Positions 1-8,676 of a DNA stretch of 33,801 nt are shown here, piece after piece. The number at the start of each line of letters is the position of its first letter. Positions within the stretch are counted from its first letter, which is position 1. This DNA comes from Lysobacterales bacterium (GTDB lineage Bacteria; Pseudomonadota; Gammaproteobacteria; Xanthomonadales; Xanthomonadaceae), in NCBI GenBank assembly GCA_038222295.1, contig JBBRHT010000001.1:1-33801 (forward strand), in the 5' to 3' direction. The position numbers and the translations under genes are program-made. The notes under the pieces are model-generated. The model was not told the DNA's origin. It saw only the letters and a list, made by a program, of their open reading frames with translations, and ran no database searches.

Positions 1-241
1 CGGCCAACAGCGCCCAGATCACGCCTGCGGCCAGCATCACCGGCTGCGACTTGCGCAGGTGGGTGAACTCCTCCAGCACGACCATGACGTAGGCAAGCAC
101 GAACAGCGCGATCGCCGCGTACCCCGCCCAATGGCTGGTCAGGTCGAGCCGCGCGACCGTCGCCGCGGATGCCAGGCCGGGTATCACCAGCAGGACAGGC
201 GCGGCCAACATGCCGCAAAGGCGGCGGACGGTCGGGGACAT
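1..241 (-). CDS. nhaD: Na+/H+ antiporter, NhaD family (5' part only; runs off the window edge)
   Basis: Not in the ORF track. Manual translation from ATG at 241 gives MSPTVRRLCGMLAAPVLLVIPGLASAATVARLDLTSHWAGYAAIALFVLAYVMVVLEEFTHLRKSQPVMLAAGVIWALLA. The 'EEFTHLRKS.PV..AAG.IW' segment is the typical NhaD N-terminal signature. Confidence 0.8.
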   Translation of the reverse strand, partial: MSPTVRRLCGMLAAPVLLVIPGLASAATVARLDLTSHWAGYAAIALFVLAYVMVVLEEFTHLRKSQPVMLAAGVIWALLA

Positions 242-333
242 GCTGGCGTGATCCTGCGACGGGTACCGCAAGTCTAGCGGTCCCGTGCCTGGCGGCCGCG
301 GCGCGCAGGAGGGACCGCGGCCGGACGATGGCC

Positions 334-954
334 TCAGGAACACCCTTCCACGTCATCCACCGCCGGCGATTGTCCAACGCGCCAGGACGTGACCTTGCCG
401 GCGGCGTCCGTCTGGAAGATCAACGCGCTGCCGCTGTCGTCGTCCGCACCCACGCGCAGATCCATGCCGCCGGGCACGGACTTGTCGGGCTGCTCACGCA
501 CGCGTCCGTCGTAGAGCTTGCGGATCTCGTCGATGCCCAACCCGACCTTGCCGCCACCGGGGGCAACCTGCGCATCGCTGCGCACGTCGTAACGCACCAG
601 CTTGTCGCCCTCGATCATCAGCGACAGCGCCGGGGGTGCAGCGGGGTCGGTCGCGAGCTGGTAGCAGCCCCCGGGATTCGCGGGCGCGTTTCCGTTCAGC
701 GGCCCCTTCCAGGTCTCCCTGACTTCTTTCGATGGCATGCCGAAGGCGAGCTCGCCATACCCCTTGAAAGTCGCCGTGCGCGTGGCGGCGGCGGGCGCGG
801 CGATGGCAACGCTTGCCGCGGCGGGGGGCGCGACCGAAGCAGGCGCGGGCGCCGCCGCTGGCGTGTTGGCGTCCTGCTGCCGATTGCAGGCGCCCAGCAC
901 GAGCGTGGCAAACGACGAGGCGATGAGAAGCGGGAGCACGAATGCGTGGCGCAT
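334..954 (-). CDS. Putative lipoprotein, conserved hypothetical (206 aa)
   Basis: C-terminal part of ORF 334..1575. Start MRHAFVLPLLIASSFATLVLGAC gives a signal peptide with lipobox LGAC, followed by an Ala/Pro linker and a globular domain ending VEGCS. Co-oriented downstream of hmgA. Confidence 0.7.
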   Translation of the reverse strand: MRHAFVLPLLIASSFATLVLGACNRQQDANTPAAAPAPASVAPPAAASVAIAAPAAATRTATFKGYGELAFGMPSKEVRETWKGPLNGNAPANPGGCYQLATDPAAPPALSLMIEGDKLVRYDVRSDAQVAPGGGKVGLGIDEIRKLYDGRVREQPDKSVPGGMDLRVGADDDSGSALIFQTDAAGKVTSWRVGQSPAVDDVEGCS

Positions 955-1019
955 CGAAGGATTCCGTGTGGGAGGAAACGCCGAGCCTAGCGCGAACCCG
1001 GCTTGCCGGGCGCGAGCCA

Positions 1020-2318
1020 TCATCCAGGCGCGCGGAAGTGCTTCTGCAGCCCCGCCCAGCAGGCCTGGTAGTCGCGCTGGCGATGGGTGGCGTCGAGCGC
1101 CTGTTGCGTCGGACGAATCACGCCGCGCGTCTCGAACATGAAGGCCATGGTGTCGGCGATGACGTCGGGTTTCGACAGGTCGGCGTTGCTGGCCTTCTCG
1201 AAAGTCGCCGCATCCGGGCCATGCCCGGTCATGCAGTTGTGCAGGCTGGCCCCGCCTGGTGCGAATCCCTCGGCCTTGGCGTCGTACACGCCGTGGATCA
1301 GGCCCATGAATTCGCTGGCGATGTTGCGATGGACCCACGGCGGCCGGAACGTGTCCTGTGCCACCAGCCAGCGCGGCGGGAAGATCGCGAAATCCATGTT
1401 GCCCACGCCCGCCGTATCCGTCGGCGAGGTCAGCACCAGGAAGATCGACGGGTCCGGATGGTCGAAGCTGATCGAGCCGATCGTGTTGAAGCGGCGCAGG
1501 TCGTATTTGCAGGGCGCGTAGTTGCCGTGCCACGCGACGACGTCCAGCGGCGAATGGCCGATGTGGGCGCGCCACAAATGGCCCTGGAACTTGGCGACCA
1601 GCTCGAAGTCGCCTTCGCTGTCCTCAAACGCGGCATTGGGCGACAGGAAATCGCGGGGATTGGCCAGGCCATTGCTGCCGATCGGGCCGAGGTCGGGCAG
1701 GCGCAGCAGGGCACCGAAGTTCTCGCACACATAACCGCGCGCGCTGCCGTCGGGCAGGGCCACGCGGAACCGCACGCCGCGTGGAATGACGGCGATCTCC
1801 TGCGGCTCGATGTCGAGCACGCCCAGCTCCGTCTCGATGTGCAGGCGACCATGCTGCGGCACGACCAGCAACTCGCCGTCGGCGTCGTAGAAGAAGCGCC
1901 CTTCCATGTCGCGATTGGCGGCGTAGACATGGATGCCGACACCCTGTTGCGCAGCCGGCGAGCCATTGCCGGCCATCGTCAGCAGGCCGTCGACGAAGTC
2001 AGTCGGCGACTCCGGCATCGGTAGCGGATTCCAGCGCAACTGGTCGGGTGTCACCGGACCGTCGCCGAAATCATTGTGGAAATTTCCACTTGATGCGAAC
2101 GGCGCAAACGTTCCGTGCATCGCGGCCGGGCGGATGCGATACAACCAGCTGCGGCGGTTCTCGCTGCGTGGCGCAGTGAACGCGGTGCCGGACAACTGCT
2201 CGGCGTACAGCCCATGCGCGACGCGCTGTGGCGAGTTGCGACCGACCGGCAACGTGTCCGCAATGGCTTGCGTGGCGAAGCTGTTGCCGAATCCCGACTG
2301 ATACCCGTTCGATTCCAT
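1020..2318 (-). CDS. hmgA: Homogentisate 1,2-dioxygenase
   Basis: 432 aa. Motifs [67 protein letters not shown] and [12 protein letters not shown]. Adjacent to hppD. Confidence 0.97.
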   Translation of the reverse strand: MESNGYQSGFGNSFATQAIADTLPVGRNSPQRVAHGLYAEQLSGTAFTAPRSENRRSWLYRIRPAAMHGTFAPFASSGNFHNDFGDGPVTPDQLRWNPLPMPESPTDFVDGLLTMAGNGSPAAQQGVGIHVYAANRDMEGRFFYDADGELLVVPQHGRLHIETELGVLDIEPQEIAVIPRGVRFRVALPDGSARGYVCENFGALLRLPDLGPIGSNGLANPRDFLSPNAAFEDSEGDFELVAKFQGHLWRAHIGHSPLDVVAWHGNYAPCKYDLRRFNTIGSISFDHPDPSIFLVLTSPTDTAGVGNMDFAIFPPRWLVAQDTFRPPWVHRNIASEFMGLIHGVYDAKAEGFAPGGASLHNCMTGHGPDAATFEKASNADLSKPDVIADTMAFMFETRGVIRPTQQALDATHRQRDYQACWAGLQKHFRAPG

Positions 2319-2327
2319 TGCGATTCC

Positions 2328-2394
2328 GTAGGGCGGGTCTTGACCCGCCGACTGTGGATTGTCGATGCGTGCGGCGGGTCGAGACCCGCCCTAC
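2328..2394. repeat. Inverted pair of GTAG-family REP elements (REPIN-like doublet)
   Basis: GTAGGGCGGGTCTTGACCCGCCG (2328-2350) and its near reverse complement CGGCGGGTCGAGACCCGCCCTAC (2372-2394). Each unit is GTAG plus an internal palindrome GGCGGGTC/GACCCGCC. Confidence 0.85.
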
Positions 2395-3497
2395 AGCACG
2401 CCGCGCTTGATCTGGTCGCGCTCGATGCTCTCGAACAGCGCCTGGAAATTGCCTTCGCCGAAACCCTCGTTGCCCTTGCGCTGGATGATCTCGAAGAAGA
2501 TCGGGCCGATCGCGTTCTGGGTGAAGATCTGCAGCAGCTTGCGCTGCTTGGTCTCCAGGTCCGCGTCGATCAGGATCCCGTTGCGCGCCAGCCGCGCGAC
2601 GTCCTCGCCGTGGTTGGGCACGCGCTCGTCGATCACCTCGAAGTACGCATCCGGCGTATCGAGGAATTCAATGCCGGCGTCGCGCATTCTCTCGACCGTC
2701 GTATAGATGTCGTCGGTGAAGCAGGCGATGTGCTGGATGCCCTCGCCCTGGTAGGCGTCGAGGTATTCGTTGATCTGCGACCTGGGATCGTTGCTCTCGT
2801 TGAGCGGAATGCGCACGATGCCGTCGGGAGCGGTCATCGCCTTCGACACCAGGCCGGTCTTGGCACCCTTGATGTCGAAGTAGCGGATCTCGCGGAAGTT
2901 GAACAGCCGCTCGTAGTAGTCCGACCACTTCTGCATGTTGCCGAAGTAGAGGTTGTGCGTGAGGTGGTCGATGAAGGTCAGCCCGAAGCCCTTGGGATGC
3001 TGGTCGGCGCCCTGGACCGGCAGGTAGTCCTCGTACATCGAGCCCGCATCGCCATAGCGGTCGACCAGGTACAGCATGCAATCGCCGATGCCCTTGACCA
3101 CCGGCGCATCGACCGCCTTGGTCTGCGGCTTGTGGTCGATGGCTTCGCCGCCGTTGCCGATGACCGTCCTGCAGACGTCCTCGGCCGGCTTGCGGAAACG
3201 GATCGCGAAGCCGCAGGCGCTTGGGCCGTGTGCCTTGGCGAAGTCGGCCGCGAACGAATCGGGGTCTTCATTGACGAGGAAGTTGACCCCGCCCTGGCGG
3301 TGCACCGTGATCGGGCGCGTCCTGTGCTGCAGCACGGCAGAGAACCCCATGCGCGTGAAATAGTCGCGCAGCAGGTCGCCCTGCCCCTGCGGCGCGGCGA
3401 ACTCGACGAATTCGAAGCCATCGATGCCCATCGGGTTGTCGAAGGTCGTCACCTGCATCCCAAGGTTGGGCGTGGTGGCGCTGGTCTGTGCGTGCAT
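2391..3497 (-). CDS. hppD: 4-hydroxyphenylpyruvate dioxygenase
   Basis: 368 aa. Motifs NPMGIDGFEFVEF, IDHLTHN, GEGIQHIA, LLQIFT, GPIFFEIIQRKGNEGFGEGNFQALFESIERDQ..RGVL. Confidence 0.97.
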   Translation of the reverse strand: MHAQTSATTPNLGMQVTTFDNPMGIDGFEFVEFAAPQGQGDLLRDYFTRMGFSAVLQHRTRPITVHRQGGVNFLVNEDPDSFAADFAKAHGPSACGFAIRFRKPAEDVCRTVIGNGGEAIDHKPQTKAVDAPVVKGIGDCMLYLVDRYGDAGSMYEDYLPVQGADQHPKGFGLTFIDHLTHNLYFGNMQKWSDYYERLFNFREIRYFDIKGAKTGLVSKAMTAPDGIVRIPLNESNDPRSQINEYLDAYQGEGIQHIACFTDDIYTTVERMRDAGIEFLDTPDAYFEVIDERVPNHGEDVARLARNGILIDADLETKQRKLLQIFTQNAIGPIFFEIIQRKGNEGFGEGNFQALFESIERDQIKRGVL

Positions 3498-3531
3498 GGG
3501 GGCCTCGCTGAAGGCAATCGGGCGAATGCCG

Positions 3532-3556
3532 ATTATAACGTGGGCGATTCAGCCCA
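3532..3556 (-). promoter_or_regulatory. Probable sigma70 -10 box of hppD with an adjacent inverted repeat
   Basis: Perfect TATAAT on the minus strand (3532-3537), about 35 nt upstream of the hppD ATG. Inverted repeat TGGGC-N6-GCCCA at 3541-3556. No convincing -35 box seen. Confidence 0.5.
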
Positions 3557-3730
3557 AATAACACAGCAATCCCTCGCCATGGCCGTGCCCGGGGCAGTCC
3601 GTCCCATCCGGCCGCAGCTCCCGCCTGCCGACATTGCGATGGTCCCGATGCGTTGCGCGAGCCGACGACATTGGCCGGCCCTGCGACATTTGCTTTTTTT
3701 CCGGGCGGCAGGTTCAATGCCCGCCACGGC

Positions 3731-3816
3731 GCCAGGGGATGGTACGACGCCGGGAATCTACCGCAAGGATTGCGGTAGGCCATCGCCGCCAAGGCGATCG
3801 TTGCACAGGGAGGTGC
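3731..3816 (+). promoter_or_regulatory. Putative CsrA/RsmA-binding leader of virB1 (GGA-loop hairpins)
   Basis: CCA-GGGGA-TGG (3732-3742). Perfect 9-bp stem CTACCGCAA-GGA-TTGCGGTAG (3758-3778). GCAC-AGGGAG-GTGC (3803-3816) encloses the RBS and matches CAnGGAnG. Confidence 0.55.
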
Positions 3817-3818
3817 GC

Positions 3819-4469
3819 GTGTTACCCGACATGGAAGTCATGAACTGCCAGGCGATGGCGGTTCCGAACGCCGTGATGCAGCACGTCGTCAACGTCGAGT
3901 CATCGTTCAATCCGTTCGCCATCGGCGTGGTCGGGGCGAAGCTCGCCCGCCAACCGCGCAACCTCCCCGAGGCGATCGCCACGGCACGGATGCTGGAAAC
4001 CCGCGGCTACAACTTTTCCCTGGGCCTGGCACAGGTCAATCGCTACAACCTCGACAAATACGGCCTGCATTCGTATGCGCAAGCCTTCGGCGCATGCACG
4101 AACCTGCAGGCCGGCGCGCGCATCCTCGCCAATTGTCTCGCGCGAGCCGAGAACGACTGGGGCCGGGCCTTCAGTTGCTACTACTCGGGCAACTTCACCA
4201 CCGGCTTCCGCACCGGTTACGTGCGCAAGGTGATGTCGCTCTGGCAAGCAGCGGACGCACAGGCGCCCATGGCGCCGCCACCATCACGCGCAATCGCCAT
4301 GGTCGCGGCCTCCAGGGCGCCCGGAAAGGCGCGCTTGCCGCTGCCCATGCGCACTCACGCCGGTCGCGACGCTGAATCGCCCGACGCCGGCAGCCTGCAG
4401 GCGCCGCTGTCGTCCGCCGGTCCCGTCGCAACGCTGTCCCCGCAAGTGGACGAGGCATTCGTGTTCTAG
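3819..4469 (+). CDS. virB1: VirB1-type lytic transglycosylase (216 aa)
   Basis: 3' part of ORF 2115..4469. GTG start at 3819 after RBS GGAGG. SLT motifs VNVESSFNPFAIGV (catalytic Glu), FSLGLAQVN, NLQAGARIL, AFSCYYSGNF. First gene of a virB2-B6 run. Confidence 0.9.
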   Translation: MLPDMEVMNCQAMAVPNAVMQHVVNVESSFNPFAIGVVGAKLARQPRNLPEAIATARMLETRGYNFSLGLAQVNRYNLDKYGLHSYAQAFGACTNLQAGARILANCLARAENDWGRAFSCYYSGNFTTGFRTGYVRKVMSLWQAADAQAPMAPPPSRAIAMVAASRAPGKARLPLPMRTHAGRDAESPDAGSLQAPLSSAGPVATLSPQVDEAFVF

Positions 4470-4535
4470 CAACAGGTCCTCGTGGCATCGATGCCTCGGG
4501 CAGGGATTCACCCGCAGTCAACCAGGAGATCGGCA

Positions 4536-4922
4536 ATGAATGGAATCAATCGCGCCCAGAATCGCAACACAGCCGCACGCCGGCGTTTCGTCCGTCGATT
4601 GACGTCGCTGCTGCTGGCGATGCCGGGCTTGGCCCTGGCCCAGGCGGCCCCGGATTTCGGCGGCACCGACAGCAAGGTCACCGGCTTCCTGCAGAACATC
4701 AACGGCCTGCTCAACCTGGCGTCGATTGCGGTGGTGACCATCGCGGTGATTTTCGCCGGCTACCAGATCGCCTTCGCGCACAAGCGCATCTCCGACGTGG
4801 CGCCCATCCTCATCGGCGGATTCCTGATCGGGGCCGCGGCGCAGATCGCCAAGATGCTGGTGGGCGACAACGGTGGCGCCGTCGCCATGGTGATGCACGC
4901 GCTGCCATCGCTGTATGCATAA
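4536..4922 (+). CDS. virB2: VirB2/TrbC major pilin precursor
   Basis: ATG at 4536 after RBS AGGAG. Long basic leader ending ALA-Q, then two hydrophobic segments (LNLASIAVVTIAVIFAGYQIAF and PILIGGFLIGAAAQIA). Overlaps virB3. Confidence 0.9.
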   Translation: MNGINRAQNRNTAARRRFVRRLTSLLLAMPGLALAQAAPDFGGTDSKVTGFLQNINGLLNLASIAVVTIAVIFAGYQIAFAHKRISDVAPILIGGFLIGAAAQIAKMLVGDNGGAVAMVMHALPSLYA

Positions 4923-5217
4923 GGACGCGCTGTTCCGCGGCTGCACGCGACCGGCAATGATGATGGGCGTGCCCTACCTCCCGTTCTTCATGGGGGCGGG
5001 CACGTGCCTGCTGCTGGCCCTGTATCTCAACATGTTCTTCCTGCTGCTGGCGCCGCTGGTCATCGCGGTCATGCGCCAGATGGCGCGCCGCGACGAGATG
5101 ATCTTCAGGCTGCTGGCTCTGCGTTGGACGAGCAGGCTGCGCATCAGGAACTTGCGCCATCACCGCGGCATGTGGGTGTTCTCGCCCAATGAGCGCGGCG
5201 TGCGGCGCTCCGCGTAA
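4915..5217 (+). CDS. virB3: VirB3 type IV secretion inner-membrane protein
   Basis: 100 aa. LFRGCTRPAMMMGVP VirB3 signature, two TM segments, then 'RRDEMIFRLL'. Lies between virB2 and virB4. Confidence 0.92.
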   Translation: MHKDALFRGCTRPAMMMGVPYLPFFMGAGTCLLLALYLNMFFLLLAPLVIAVMRQMARRDEMIFRLLALRWTSRLRIRNLRHHRGMWVFSPNERGVRRSA

Positions 5218-5286
5218 CCGCCGCCGCAGCCGCAGGCCGCAAGGTCGGCATCAGCGACGGCCATCGAACAGGACCAGGCGGACACC

Positions 5287-7767
5287 ATGTTGGCTCCAGA
5301 CGCCGCAATCGCGGACTTCATACCGTTTTCCACCCACGTCTCGCCTTCGGTCGTCAAGACGACTGGCGGCGACTACCTGCTCACGTGGCGACTGGAGGGC
5401 CTGCCCTTCGTCGGTCGCGACGAGTGGGACATCGATCATCGCCACGGCAGTTTCAACCGCCTGCTGCAGACATTGCGCGCGCCCGACTTCTGCAATCTCG
5501 CGTTCTGGGTGCACGACGTCCGCCGCAAGCGTCGCATCGAAGACGGCAGCCTCTTCCAGCAGCGCTTCAACCAGGAGCTTTCAGACGCCTATTTCGACGG
5601 GCTCTCCAGCCAGAAGATCATGCAGAACGAGTTGTACATCACGATGATCTACCGCCCCGTCGTCTCGGGCCGGCGCATGGTCGAGCGCTCATCCAGCATC
5701 GCCCGCCTGCAGTCCGAGCAGGAGCAGGCCATTGACAAGCTGCTGGAGCTGGCGCGCAACCTGGAAGCAGCGCTCAGCGATTACGCGCCTTGCCGACTGG
5801 GCATGTACGAAGCCGCCAACGGCGTCATATTTTCCGAGACGCTGGAATTTTTTGGCTACCTGATCAACCGGCTCGACGAGCCCGTCCCTGTGCTCGACGC
5901 ACCGGTGACGGCGTATCTACCCGTGAGTCGCCACCTGTTCTCGGCAAGGACCGGCGACTTCGTGGTCAACACACCCCATGGCGTCAACCATTTCGGGGCC
6001 CTGCTCAACATCCGCGAATACACCGACGGGACCTATCCGGGAATCCTCAACGGGCTCAAATACCTGGATTTCGAATACGTGATCACCCATTCCTTCAGCC
6101 CGATGGGACGCCAGGACGCGCTCAAGGTGCTGGACCGGACCAAGGGCATGATGATCTCGTCGGGCGACAAGGCCGTCAGCCAGATCGTCGAGATGGACCA
6201 GGCCATGGACCAGCTCGCGTCGGGCAATTTCGTCCTCGGCGAATACCATTTCACCATGGCGCTGTACGCCGACGGCCAGGAGCAGCTGTCACGCAACATC
6301 GCCGTCGCCCGGGCGGAACTGTCCAACGCCGGATTTGTCTCGACCAAGGAAGACCTGGCGATCGCCCCATCGTTCTACGCGCAGCTTCCGGGCAACTGGA
6401 AGCACCGCACCCGGCTGGCGAACGTCAGCTCGCTGAACTTCCTGGGCCTGTCGCCTCTGCACAACTTCGCATCGGGCAAGAAGGACAACAATCCCTGGGG
6501 CCGCTGCGTGACCACGCTGCAGACGACCAACGGGCAGCCATACCACTTCAATTTCCACGCGACGCATCCGGCCGAGCGATCGCTGGGCGAGAAGGCGATC
6601 GGCAATACGATGGTCATCGGCAAATCCGGCACCGGCAAGACCGCGCTGATCAATTTCCTGCTGAGCCAGGTGCAGAAGCTCGACCCCTGCCCGACGATTT
6701 TCTTCTTCGACAAGGATCGCGGCGCGGAGATCTTCGTGCGCGCCTGTGGCGGCAACTACCTGGCACTGGAGAGCGGCAAGCCGACCGGGTTCAATCCGTT
6801 CCAGTGCGAGAACAGCAAGGCCAACCTGCAGTTCCTGGTCGAACTGGTCAAGGTGATGGCGGGAAAGCCCGCCTACACGCCGCGGGAGGACGACGACATC
6901 TTCCGTGCCGTGAGCAACCTGCTCGACACGCCGATGGCGCTGCGCAACATCACCAACCTGCAGAAGAGCCTGCCCAACATGGGCGACGACGGCCTGTTCG
7001 CGCGGCTGCGCAAATGGACGGCCGGCAATGGACTGGGCTGGGTGTTCGACAATCCCGCCGACACCGTCGACCTGGACAGGGCCGCGATCATCGGCTTCGA
7101 CTACACCGACATCATCGACAATGCCGAGGTTCGCGTTCCGGTCGTCAACTACCTGCTGCATCGACTGGAGGCGCTGATCGACGGCCGACCACTCATCTAC
7201 GTCATGGACGAGTTCTGGAAGATCCTCGATGGGGGCGGCGGGCTGAAGGAGTTCGCGCGCAACAAGCAGAAGACCATCCGCAAGCAGAACGGCCTGGGCA
7301 TCTTCGCCACCCAGAGTCCCGAGGACGCGCTGGCCAGCGACATCGCCGCGGCGCTGGTCGAGCAGACGGCGACACTGGTGTTGTTGCCCAATCCCACCGC
7401 CAGCCGCGATGACTACATCGACGGCCTCAAGCTGACCGAAGCCGAGTACCAGGTCGTGGTGAAGCTCGACGAGCGTTCGCGTTGCTTCCTGGTCAAGCAG
7501 GGCCATGGATCCAGCGTCTGCCAGTTGAACCTGGCCGGCATGGATGATGCGTTGGCAGTGATCTCCGCCTCGACCGACAACGTCGCGGTGCTGCACGCGG
7601 TCATGGCGCGGCAAGCATCCGACGCCGGCGTGGCCGTCGATGCCCTGCGGCCAGAACAATGGTTGGCGCAGTTCCAGGCGGCCCGAAAAGGAACCCGTGG
7701 CGGCAGCGCGATGACGCCAGATCCCGTCAGCCCCGACCCCGCGGGGTTCCGCGCCACCACCGCATAG
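5287..7767 (+). CDS. virB4: VirB4 type IV secretion ATPase
   Basis: 826 aa. Walker A GKSGTGKT, FFFDKDRG, PTGFNPFQ, Walker B IYVMDEFW, KTIRKQNG, FATQSPED. N-terminal CagE/TrbE-like region. Confidence 0.96.
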   Translation: MLAPDAAIADFIPFSTHVSPSVVKTTGGDYLLTWRLEGLPFVGRDEWDIDHRHGSFNRLLQTLRAPDFCNLAFWVHDVRRKRRIEDGSLFQQRFNQELSDAYFDGLSSQKIMQNELYITMIYRPVVSGRRMVERSSSIARLQSEQEQAIDKLLELARNLEAALSDYAPCRLGMYEAANGVIFSETLEFFGYLINRLDEPVPVLDAPVTAYLPVSRHLFSARTGDFVVNTPHGVNHFGALLNIREYTDGTYPGILNGLKYLDFEYVITHSFSPMGRQDALKVLDRTKGMMISSGDKAVSQIVEMDQAMDQLASGNFVLGEYHFTMALYADGQEQLSRNIAVARAELSNAGFVSTKEDLAIAPSFYAQLPGNWKHRTRLANVSSLNFLGLSPLHNFASGKKDNNPWGRCVTTLQTTNGQPYHFNFHATHPAERSLGEKAIGNTMVIGKSGTGKTALINFLLSQVQKLDPCPTIFFFDKDRGAEIFVRACGGNYLALESGKPTGFNPFQCENSKANLQFLVELVKVMAGKPAYTPREDDDIFRAVSNLLDTPMALRNITNLQKSLPNMGDDGLFARLRKWTAGNGLGWVFDNPADTVDLDRAAIIGFDYTDIIDNAEVRVPVVNYLLHRLEALIDGRPLIYVMDEFWKILDGGGGLKEFARNKQKTIRKQNGLGIFATQSPEDALASDIAAALVEQTATLVLLPNPTASRDDYIDGLKLTEAEYQVVVKLDERSRCFLVKQGHGSSVCQLNLAGMDDALAVISASTDNVAVLHAVMARQASDAGVAVDALRPEQWLAQFQAARKGTRGGSAMTPDPVSPDPAGFRATTA

Positions 7768-7807
7768 CCAGCCCCCCGAATTCCACACGGCCACATGGAG
7801 GTGACCA

Positions 7808-8572
7808 ATGCAACGACGCACATCGAATACCTGCCCGACGCGCAGATCCGCCAACTGGGCCGCCGTGGCCACCATCGCGCTTGGCTGTGCGCTCAATGGC
7901 CCCGCCGCCGCGCAATGGGTGGTCACCGACCCGGCACACACGGCATTGACCTATGCCGGCTGGGTCGAGAACCTGATTTCCCAAGGCGAGCAATACGCCA
8001 AGCAGATCGCGCAGTACCAGACCCAGTTGCAGCAGTACGAGACACAGGTCCGGCAGTACGAGCAGCAGTACGTCAAGGGTGGCGTCACCAATCCCGGCGC
8101 GATGGAAACGCCGGGGTTCACGCCGCGCGCGCTGGATGCGGGCCTGGCCCAACGCTGTCCGTCGGGGTTGCGCTCGCTGCTCGCCTCCTCGGCGAGCGCG
8201 GAGAATTGCGCGATGATCGTCCAGACCGAAAACGCCCGCTACAACGCCATCGTCAGCGTCCTCAACCTGTCGAAGGATCGCGACCGCGAGCTGCAGAAGA
8301 TCTATGCCGAGCGGGCCGGCATTTCGCAGCAGGACGCCGGGGCGCTGCAGGCCAACAACAACCGCCTGCTGTCGATGCAAAGCCGCATGCAGATGGACAT
8401 CCAGCAGGCGCGCAACCAGACCGACGGTTACGACCGTTTCCTGGAGCTGCTCAAGGACGACCAGCGGATGATCGCCAACGGCACGCTCGACGGCGGCGGC
8501 CTGCTCGGCGGCGTGGTGCGTGGTGCCGCACTGCACACGGCGCTCGACGCCGCCAAGCGAGCGGATCGCTGA
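7808..8572 (+). CDS. virB5: VirB5/TrbJ-like minor pilin (secreted, coiled-coil)
   Basis: 254 aa, RBS GGAGG. Signal peptide ending AAA-QWVVTDP, matching the 'V.DP' start of mature VirB5/TrbJ. Gln/Tyr heptad QIAQYQTQLQQYETQVRQY. Lies between virB4 and virB6. Confidence 0.7.
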   Translation: MQRRTSNTCPTRRSANWAAVATIALGCALNGPAAAQWVVTDPAHTALTYAGWVENLISQGEQYAKQIAQYQTQLQQYETQVRQYEQQYVKGGVTNPGAMETPGFTPRALDAGLAQRCPSGLRSLLASSASAENCAMIVQTENARYNAIVSVLNLSKDRDRELQKIYAERAGISQQDAGALQANNNRLLSMQSRMQMDIQQARNQTDGYDRFLELLKDDQRMIANGTLDGGGLLGGVVRGAALHTALDAAKRADR

Positions 8573-8676
8573 CGCGAACGCCCGGCAGTGATGTTCCGGC
8601 AGCAATGGCGGAGCAGTCGCCGGACCGACCAACAGGCTTGCAGTGACGTGCGCAGCGCGTCCCGGGAACACCACCA

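Noticed and set aside
2115-3818. 784-aa ORF 2115..4469 suggesting a giant VirB1 fusion
   Set aside because: The first ~570 codons are the antisense shadow of hmgA/hppD plus intergenic DNA. The real gene starts at GTG 3819 behind a GGAGG RBS.
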